From contig OX597815.1 of NCBI GenBank assembly GCA_951406725.2, forward strand, positions 1,116,001 through 1,180,000: a stretch of DNA of 64,000 nucleotides, read 5' to 3'. Source of the DNA: Octopus vulgaris. Taxonomy: Eukaryota. How positions within the stretch are numbered: position 1 is the stretch's first letter; each line of letters starts with the position of its first letter. The notes beneath the pieces were generated by a model that ran no database searches, was not told the origin of the DNA, and worked only from the letters and a program-made list of their open reading frames with translations. Position numbers and translations under genes: made by a program. This document shows positions 54,660 through 64,000 of this stretch, piece after piece.

Positions 54660-55828
54660 CCAACATTACCTTGTTCTTACAGCTGAATCACTACCTGAAC
54701 TAGGGAAGAAGTTTCAGGTGTGGAAGAAAGGTCTAGAATCGAGGGGAGTCAATCTAGCAAAAACCAAAGACTTAGGAAGCAGGAAGGCAGACAAATCACA
54801 AATCCCTTCAGGTAGATGGCCCTTCTCAATCTGTAGAAAAGGCATAGGTAGAAACTCCATAAGGTGCACCCAGGGTAAGTTATGTACCTGGTATAAGCGG
54901 TGCAGTGATATCAGAGGAGAGTTAACTGGGAAGATAGTTTTTGTGTGTGGCAGGTGCACAAGGGCAATAAACACTGAAGATGTACAGAAAACAGATTCCA
55001 TCACATGCCAGGGGGAGAAACTAGAAGTAGTTGATAGCTTCTGTTACCTAGGTGACCAGGTCAGTAGTTGGGGTGGATGCTCTGAGAGTGTAGCTGCTAG
55101 AAAAGATTAGCCTGGGCAAAGTTCAGAGAGCTCCTACCTCAGTTGGTAACAAAGGGCTTCTCTGTCAGAGTGAAAGGTAGATTGTATGAAGCCTATGTGT
55201 GAACAGCCATAGTAAAAGGCAGTGAAACATGGGCTGTGACTGCTGAGGACATACTTGATAGAAATAAAGCTAGTATGCTTCACTGGATGTGTAATGTCAG
55301 TGTGCATACATGGCAGAGTGTAAGTGACCTGAGAGAAAAGTTGGGCATGAGAGGCATCAGATGTGGTGTGCAAGAGAGACAACTGCGCTGGTATGGTCAT
55401 GTGATGCATATGGATGTGGACAGCTGTGTGAAGAAGAGCCAGTCTTTACTAGTGGAAGGAAGCTGTGGAAAAGGGAGACCCAGGAAGACATGAGATGAGG
55501 TGGTGAAGCATGGTCTTCAAATGTTGGGCCTCACAGGGGCAATGACTAATGACTGACATCTTTGGTGATATGTCGTGCTTGAGAAGAAGACCCATCAAGC
55601 AAAGTGAAATTGTAGTCATAGCAGACACTGGTGTCTCCCAAATGGCACCCATGCTGGTGGCATGTAAAAGCACCCACTACACTCTCGGAGTGGTTGGCAT
55701 TAGGAAGGACGTCCAGCTGTAGAAACTCTGCCAGATAAGACTAGAGACTGGTGCAGCCTTCCAGTTTGCCAGCCCTGGTCAAACCATCCAACCCATACAA
55801 TGGACGCTAAATGATGATGATGATGATA
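54660..55828 (+). mobile_element. RTE-clade LINE 3' portion, decayed
   Basis: WKKGLESRGVNLAKTK...LEVVDSFCYLGD...AWAKFREL...QLRWYGHVMHM...GRPRKT, then 3' UTR and (GAT)n tail. Confidence 0.92.
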
Positions 55829-55895
55829 TGTAAAGATTAAATAGAGAACTGAATGTTAAACACCCCTTTGAAGGATCTTTTCCTCATTTTGCTAT

Positions 55896-55932
<37 letters not shown>

Positions 55933-56512
55933 GTATGTATATAAATGTATGTATATCTATATACATACATACATGCATTTATATATATACACATGCATGA
56001 ATCTCTCTCCCTCACTCTTCCTCCTTGACTCTCTCATTGCTTACATTTGACCAGCGGCTATCATTCTTTCTTCCTCGTGCTTTACAAGAGACAAGACCTG
56101 TCTCTTGTCATCTCTCTTTTCCCCAGCGTCCACCACTTCACCTCGTCATGGCTTAACACTTTTACTGTTTTGTTCTTACTCTCCTGTTTTTGTTACCACT
56201 TTAAACCCTCTGCAAAAATCCCAAATTTTATTTGATTTGCTTTGCAGGAATGACTGTTTTAACAAAGTCACATCTTGTCCCTACCTTCGAAACACAGAAT
56301 AGATAAAACAGGGGACAACTGATGAAGGGACTGTTATTTGTGTTGCCTGTCTCGTTTCTCTTTTTCTTTTGTTGTACAAAAGAAAGTTCGTTTTTCATGT
56401 TTTTGTTTTTTTATGTTCTCGTTTTTCATTTTGTCCACATTTTTTTGATGTGCTATACCCATATACGCATGATATATACATATATATGTAGGTATATACA
56501 TATATGTATGTA

Positions 56513-56554
<42 letters not shown>

Positions 56555-56557
56555 AAT

Positions 56558-56769
56558 ATAGTTAATCCAAACAAGAAAACACAAAAAAAACAAAAAACAC
56601 AGCAACGCAAGGACGTGGAACAAATAAAGTATTATTGGACGCTCAGGAAAGAAGGGAAGAAGGAGGGTTTAACGTTTCGAGCGGAGCTCTTCGTCGGATA
56701 CATAGGAGAAGGAAAGATCCCGAGAAGGGAAGACAGAGGAAGAAAAATCGGCAGCGGTACTCACGAGGT

Positions 56770-56772
<3 letters not shown>
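56558..56772 (-). mobile_element. Penelope-like terminal-repeat remnant (copy 3)
   Basis: Same family as 3050-3225 and 17957-18165. Confidence 0.6.
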
Positions 56773-56814
<42 letters not shown>

Positions 56815-57344
56815 CATTGGGTATCATCATCATCATCATCATCATCGTTTAACGTCTGTTTTCCATGCTAGCATGGGTTGGACAGTTCGACCAGGGTCTG
56901 GTAAGCCAGGAGGCTATACCAGGCTCCAATCTGATCTGGTAGTGTTTCTACAGCTGGATGCCCTTCTTAATGCCAACCACTCTGTAAGTGTAGTGGGTGC
57001 TTTTTATGTGCCACCAGTACAGGGGCCAGAGGAGGCTGGCAAACGGCCACAATCGGTTGGTGCTTTTTACGTGTCACCAATATGGACGCCAGTCAGGCGG
57101 CGCTGGCATCTGCCACGTTCGGACGGTGCTTTTTACGTGTCACCGGCATGGGTGTCTTAACTACAATTTCCATTTGATTTTTATTTTGATGTTGGTGTTG
57201 ATGTACTTGACTCAATAGGGTTCCTCAAGAACAGCGGGTCACTCTACGATCCAAGGTTAGCACAGCAGGCCGTCCTGTGAGCCATGGACTCACTTCATTT
57301 GTTGGGTCTTTGCAGTCACAGCATATCTCAGAGGTCTATATTAT

Positions 57345-59800
57345 TTATATTATTCAATAAATAGATGCCTGATCATCACCTGAAATGTTTGTAAACCAAA
57401 ACTATTTTCTCCACAGGAAATTCAAGGGAGACCCTGGGCAAATTCAAGCAAGGATGTGTACTGACCCAAAAGATAGACCCCAACTGATGTTCTCATTCAT
57501 AATGAAAGGCATTTGTAAAGGGAGCTGCCATTGCATATGTTTGCATGAATTAGTATTTTTCTCTCGTTTGGTAAACAATGGTTTCCTCGCATATCGTTTA
57601 CTTACTGTCCACCATGAAAATGTCTCTGGGCTTCTTGAGACATCTTGTCACATTGTGCGATCTTTGTAAACAAAAGGCTCATTCACATGGTGTCATTTGT
57701 TTCCACTTCTCCACATAACCACGTCCAAATTGTTTGTTGCTCCAGACTGGCAGATTTATTACCTCACTTGGAAACCAGGAAAGGGCAGGAGGTGCTGGCA
57801 TCAGGAAGGGCATCTGGCCATAGAAAGACCCTTCCTCAATGCATTTTCATCTAATCCCTGCAAGTATGTAAAAGCAGACATTAAGACAATGCTGTCGGAG
57901 ATAAATGTCTCTTATCTCCAATGTCCATCACCAAGATTCCTCAAGAGAAAAGAAATTACCATTATTTCTTATAGAATTCCTCAAGAGAAAATCTTGGGCA
58001 AGTGTCTTCTGCTATTCCACCTGTGAGTGGATTTGAGACAACTGAAAGAAGCCTGTCGTATATATGATATATATATATGTGTGTGTGTATATGTTTGTGT
58101 GTCTGCGTTTGTCCCCCTAATTGCTTGACAACCGATGCTGGTGTGTTTATGTCCCCGTTACTTAGCAGTTTGGCAAAAAGAGACCGATAGAATAAGTACT
58201 GGGCTTACAAAGAATAAGTCCCGGGGTCGATTAGCTCGACTAATGGCGGTGCTCCAGCATGGCCACAGTCAAATGACTGAAGCAAGTAAAAGAGTAAAAA
58301 AAAAAAAAGAATAGATTTTGTTCTCTGTATTCTGTCTTTTCCTTTCAATGTTTCTGATATTCTAGTTGAAACGGTGCCAGATGTTCCGGCACTGGACAAA
58401 TATTGTTTAGTTTAAAAACATGTGAGTCAACTTCAGTCGTATGCGTATCCCCAGGAATGAAACTATTTGCTATGTGTTCAAATCCAGCTGTGATTTATTT
58501 TTACTATTTGGCCCCATGGTGAGTGAACAGCTGAAGACAAAATGTCAGTCAATGAATCAACTAGTTCTCCATCTCAACAATACTGCAATCATATTCAAAG
58601 GAAAAAATGGCTCTGTTCATCTCACTCGGAATAGGTACCATGGGTAGTGTAAATCCTTTATACAGTAGTTTAACTGAATAGCTGGTTGAAAGTTTTTGTT
58701 AACAAGTCATGCAGATCTAAAACCCCTTCCATTGGCCTCATAGAATGTGTGATGTTCATGCCTTTCCCTAAGAAATCAGGAACAAGATTGAATTTTATTT
58801 CCTTTGGTGTTGGAATTTTCTCACTCCTATCATTCTGCTTCCCACATCACAATCTCTCTTTGATCACTATCTCTCTCTCTCCCTCCCTCCATCCCTCCAT
58901 CCCCCCTCTCTGGGTCCAATAGACTCTTTCAAATGGGTGATAAACAAAGGGAGACAACACAACGAGAACTCTCCAATCAGACAAGGCAACTTCTGTGTTG
59001 TTGCTATAATAAAGAAGCCCCATGTCCACCCTGTAAAGAGGTTGGTGTCAGGAACTTTGCCAAAAACGGTCCCTAAACCAGTCTCAAAGGACAGTGAGAG
59101 ACTGACTCAGACTGTGAAGGGTTCATCTAATCCATGCCAGCATAGAAAATTGATGTAAAGTGTTAATATATATGTTAATAAAACACTTAAGGATGATGTT
59201 GTCAGTTTAACCTGGATCAGAGACCATTCCTCTTCCTGATGCCATTAAAGAAATTGTCATAGAGTTTATTTATAGCGACATTTAACGAGAATATTAAGAT
59301 CTATTTGATTCTATTAGAGTCTGTCTTTCAAATCTTTGTCCCCAAACGCCATATCGCTGTTTCTCTAGACACTACAGGAGTCTTCAGTATCTTGTCAAAA
59401 GCACTTGTTCTTGACGAGACCCCTCCCAACAATAATTGCATCTGTTCTAACTACTTGAGTTAATTAAGTTTTTTTTTAAAGAGATTGCAATTAGTAAGAG
59501 TTAAACTAATTTTAGATTCAAACACCAACTTGTTTCTTACACGTGACCTCCATTTCCTGTGTCTACAAGAACTTTTACAATTTTTCAGTTCCGGTGTCTT
59601 TTATTGACAATTTCTTGTCATTGACTTTGCAGAAATATTTCAGTTTATTGGAACTGCCAAAAGTCTGGAGAGTAAATTCTAAACAACAGCAACCGCAAAA
59701 TCTCCAAGTTGAATTCTTAAGACATTTTCATCAAACATGTTGTAATTATTTTGTCAAAAATGTCCAACAGAAGAAAGGACCAAAATGGCTCAAGAAACCA
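57345..59800 (-). mobile_element. Possible highly decayed DNA transposase (Sola-like?), fragmented by SINEs
   Basis: Only weak motif resemblance on the minus strand (FIPGDTHTTEVDSH, ~58420-58465, compared with FLxxGHTxxEVDS); many stops. Confidence 0.25.
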
Positions 59801-60131
59801 GGAAATAATAGGTAGGTCTCCTCTTTTCTTTCTATTCTATTCAGTTTTGTGTGGTCAGTTCCTGTAGAGTCAGAAGAACTAAACTGACCCCTGTATCGAG
59901 GCTGTGATTCATCTTGATTTCACTGCTAACAACTTACACACAGAACACCATAATAATAATGATGATGATGATGATGATGATTTCTAATTTAGGCACAAGG
60001 CCAGCAATTTTAGCGGGAGGGGCTGATTGATACCATTGACTCAAGTACTTGACCAGTGTCAGTGGTATTGATTAATACTCCCTGCTCAAAATTGTTACTT
60101 TCTACCTAAATTACGATTGTTGTTGTTGTTG

Positions 60132-60180
<49 letters not shown>

Positions 60181-60557
60181 CCACAAGCTTTATTTTTATA
60201 GCGTGCTTTCACTTCACTACCGAGCGCAGCTCTGTGTGCCTTGGGTATGTGCTGTGATTTGTTGTGATGCTCCGATGGTTACTGTATTGAAAGTGTTCTG
60301 CGTAGGATGTGTGCAGTGCCTAGTAGTGCAATTTTCTGTATGTTATATGTGTTTGTAAGTCCTGGTGTTTTTGTTATGTATTTGTCTGAATATTTTTTTA
60401 TCATGCCTAATGCACCTACTATGATAGGAATTGTTTCTGTTTTCAGATTCCACATTCTAGTTACCTCTATTTCCAGGTCTTTGTATTTTGAGAGTTTCTC
60501 CATTTCTTTTAGAGACACGTTGTCATCTGCCGGTATTGATACATCAATTAGAAAGCA

Positions 60558-60560
<3 letters not shown>
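60181..60560 (-). mobile_element. RLE (R4/Dong-like) LINE 3' end in (TTA)n
   Basis: EKLSKYKDLEIEV...IPIIVGALG...IQKIALLGTAHILR; (TTA)n on both sides. Confidence 0.9.
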
Positions 60561-60589
<29 letters not shown>

Positions 60590-60649
60590 GTGTATCCTAA
60601 TTTAGTCAGCAGGTATTTTATTTTGAGGTAAAGTGGCAACAATTCTTCT

Positions 60650-62065
60650 TAAATTTCAAGAATCTTCCTCAGGAACCTTGCAGAATACAGGATGGTAATT
60701 TTTGCAAGTTGACAATCTGAGTTTCAATTCCAATCTCTTCCGGTTTTTCTTTTCTGTTTTTTTTTTTTGTTTTTGTTTTTTTGTGGTAGTATTTCGAGTG
60801 TTGTGCCAAGTGTCCCAATCTGCCACAGAAATAATTGTTGTCTTGGTCCCCCACAATCTCCCCGGTTCTCAAGCTAGGTCCTGCTATTTCTCAATGTTCA
60901 CTATTTCTTTGGTATCGACTCTTCTCTCATAGGGAATCGCAAAACCTATGATCTTACACTGTTTATTTTCTTCTCTGTGATCAGATCCAGACTTCTTACT
61001 TCTAAGGCCAGGTTTTATGGGGATTTACCACAAGATCTTGTGTATCACATTTTCTATCACAGACTCTGGTTCGTGTTCTTACCACTTTTCTCTTGTTTTG
61101 AAGCCACAAACTTTACTAACATCCCAATGCACTCTTTATTATTATTATAAATATTACAGCTTCTAACGCTAGAGATATACTGCAGTGTCAGCTGTTCACT
61201 ACCTGTCAACTAATGTAACACCTCTTATTTTTTGAGCGCTTCTGGAGTATTCGAGCAGTTCCAAGCAGTGCTGTTTCTTGCAAGGGCTCCACCCTTATTG
61301 CAGCCCCTATTTGCTCCACGTACTTCTCAAGATTTTTGCTCAGTGTTCCAGGGCTCAGGCAATTATTGTTACTACTGCTACCTTTTTCATCGACCACAAC
61401 TGCAAACCTTCCCAAGCCAACCTGCCATATTTCTCGACTTTTCTTTCTTCCTTATCGCATACCTTGTTGTCAGCTGGGCATGCTATGTCTATGATCCAGC
61501 ATAGTTTGTTTTCTTTCTCAATTAAGACTGTGTCTGGCTTCCTATTCTCAATCTCATGGCCGCACTGAATCATAAAATCCCATAGGAACGATGCCTTCAG
61601 GTTTGTGGTCGTACCAATTTTTTGCTCTGTCAAGTCCATACTTGTTGCAAAAGTTTCCAATGGACAATCCTTGCTATATTGTCATGATGGCTCTTATATT
61701 CCTTCTGCGCTAGTGGCGTACATTGGCTGGTAATATGCCATACAGTTTCACCATTTTGCCCACAAATTCTGCACTTGTCACTTTCTGCTGTGTTGTCCAT
61801 TCTGTATTTGATGTAATTGGTTCTTAATGCTTGCTTTTGGGCAGCACAGATTAGAGCCTCCATTTCTGGTTTTAAATCACTTTTAGCCATCTTTTTTCTC
61901 TTGTCTGTCTTATCTTCAACATCCCTATGAAATTGACCATGCAGTCTTTTCTTTACCCACCTATTTTCAGTTTCGTTCATTTTCAATTTCTTGTACAATG
62001 CTTTATCTTTGCAATCTTTCATCTTACACAAGCCTGATCTTCTTACTTCTAATAATAGCAGTTCT
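60650..62065 (-). mobile_element. Two further tandem RLE LINE fragments (~60650-61135 and ~61160-62065)
   Basis: CCHC knuckle CRICGQNGETVWHITSQC, RKPDTVL...IIDIACP, LLGTARIL; separated by (TTA)n. Confidence 0.85.
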
Positions 62066-62183
62066 AAATTCCTTCGAGTGTGAAAATAAAAAGTAAAATG
62101 TATGCATCAATACATTTGTAGTGATTATTAAAAAGCTGCCTATCCATACTTACTCTTCCTTTTGACTCTTTTACTTTTTACTT

Positions 62184-62214
<31 letters not shown>

Positions 62215-62288
62215 GTATATATATCTCCTATATATGTATATATATGTGTGTGTAGGAAAAACACCTGCAACAAGAATGGATCAAAATA

Positions 62289-62373
62289 TCGGTACAATTG
62301 TTTCGTACAAAGACATCTTTAATAAGGCTACAAAAATTGCAGTAAATATAGATGGCTCGTACTCATCAGCCGA
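62289..62373 (-). ncRNA. Type I hammerhead ribozyme (minimal stem III) in a (TA)n-bounded Penelope-like repeat
   Basis: Minus strand: UCGG CUGAUGA GUAC[50 nt]GUAC GAAA C AAUU G UA / CCGA. The full conserved core and three stems are present. Confidence 0.85.
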
Positions 62374-63251
62374 AAAAACATCCGAGATTTCCAAACATCA
62401 AAGGGGGTAATGTTACAATCGTGAAACATCATGGAGAGTTCTATAAAAGTGGAAAAAAGTGGAAAAAAGTGAATTCAATAGAACTCATTTGAATCTTAAT
62501 TGTTTATATATATATATATATGGTTAAAAAAAAGAAAAAGTGGAGGAATACACTTGAACCAATAATCAACTACTGAGATAATACCCATGTATATAATTTA
62601 TATATATTGGTTGTTTGTTTCCAATCTGTCATGGGAGATATGTCTGGTCACAGGGGGTTAGTGGCAGGAAAGGCATCAAGCAGCAGGAAATCTGTCTCAG
62701 CAAATTCTCTCCGATCCATGCAAGCATAAAAAATGGACGTTAAACACCCTACCCATTCTCACCAATTCCACTATCATAATTTCAATAATATTGATAGATA
62801 CCAAATCAATTAGTTAATTAATATTTATTCAGTTAATTAACATTAATAATCAGTTGTGAACAGAGTTTTTGTGTTTTGTGTAAGATCCTTCTCTTTGTTT
62901 ATTCATTTTTTAATTTTTGTCTTTAATAAACTTATTTTGGCCAACATACCCCCACCCCCGTCTCCCCATCTTCTTGTTATTGCTTTGGTTCGAGGGTACA
63001 AGGCATTTCTTACTCTTTTTACTCTTTTACTTGTTTCACTCATTTGACTGTGGCCATGCTGGGGCACTGCCTTTAATCGAGCAAATCGACCCCAGCACTT
63101 ATTCTTTGGAAGCCTAGTACTTATTCTATTTTTCCAAACCGCTAAGTTACAGGGACGTAAACACACCACCATTGGTTGTCAAGCGATTTGGGGGGGACAA
63201 ACACAGACACACAAACATGTATACACACATACATACATACATACATACATA

Positions 63252-64000
63252 TCTATATATATAAAACTCAACTTGTATGTCTGTGTGTGTGTCTGTGTGT
63301 TTAACTTCCCGGCACATCTCCTCCTAGCCAACAAATCGTAGAACCACCAAAAATGGGTCACTTAAAGTTTAGGCGAATGAAAATTGAACTGCGCTATTTC
63401 TGTTCCGAAATTCATCTCGCAAGTGCAAAAATCGATAATGTGTGTTTAGGCCTTATCCCATGCATTGAATAGTGAACTTTACTCAGTCAGATGTTTGACG
63501 TGAACTGTGTTCACCACGCGTGCAAGCATGCGTAAATTGCATGAAAAATAAAAAATCAAGATATAAAAACGAATTGCCGTAAACATTGTAGAAATTTGGC
63601 AAAGAAATGAATTTCCGGGATATAGCCTGGAGGGTTTTTTCCTATTAATCATTTGGACTTTGTGAACACATACCAATTGTTTTCATAACATTTTTAACGC
63701 TTTGAATTAAATGTGACCATTTTGCGTTGAGTCTGCAGTTTGAATCACTTTAACCAAATTTTAGCAGGCCGGATTTTTGATCATCACGATACATCGCCAG
63801 CGACTCCCTGACACTCTCCCCTGAAATCCCCGTTGAGAAATCTATATATATAAAACTCAACTTGTGTGTCTGTGTGTATATCTGTGTGTGTGTCTGTGTG
63901 TTTAACTTTTGGATCTACCAAGTCTCATTATTAAGGATGGAAAGTAGTGTGTATCAAATCTATATATATAAAGCTGAAGTTGTCTGTGTGTGGCAGGTTT
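63252..64000 (+). mobile_element. Helitron/DINE-like 5' ends (three, at 63252, 63841 and 63959)
   Basis: Each reads A|TCTATATATATAAA followed by a (GT/CTGT)-type microsatellite; the first truncates a family-A SINE. Confidence 0.7.

Overview
Eukaryotic, AT-rich and repeat-saturated genomic DNA. It is almost certainly from a coleoid cephalopod (Octopus-like), judged from the SINE/LINE families and the microsatellite load; this is inference, not a database hit. The only intact recognisable protein-coding gene is a 7-exon galactokinase (GALK1 type) on the + strand, 27957-52331, 389 aa, with all six introns GT-AG and phase-consistent. The rest is decayed mobile DNA: mariner, Gypsy-type LTR, CR1, RTE, R4/Dong-like RLE LINEs in (TAA)n, Penelope-like remnants, Helitron ends, piggyBac/Merlin-like/hAT-like MITEs, several tRNA-derived SINE families, and kilobase-scale microsatellites. 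The most interesting unexplained signals are: (1) a canonical-core type I hammerhead ribozyme at 62289-62373, plus degenerate relatives elsewhere; (2) an orphan TATA/CCAAT/E2F/CRE-like promoter on the - strand ahead of a Kozak-context 60-codon ORF (10906-11451); (3) a ~73-bp tandem array densely packed with NF-kB-like and STAT-like sites (21139-21689); (4) a perfect 3x39-bp duplication of the GALK exon-3 splice donor; (5) a ~480-bp inverted repeat clamping a 2.2-kb (CCA)n tract. I cannot demonstrate a new biological system from sequence alone. All long low-complexity ORFs in the ORF track are microsatellite artefacts.
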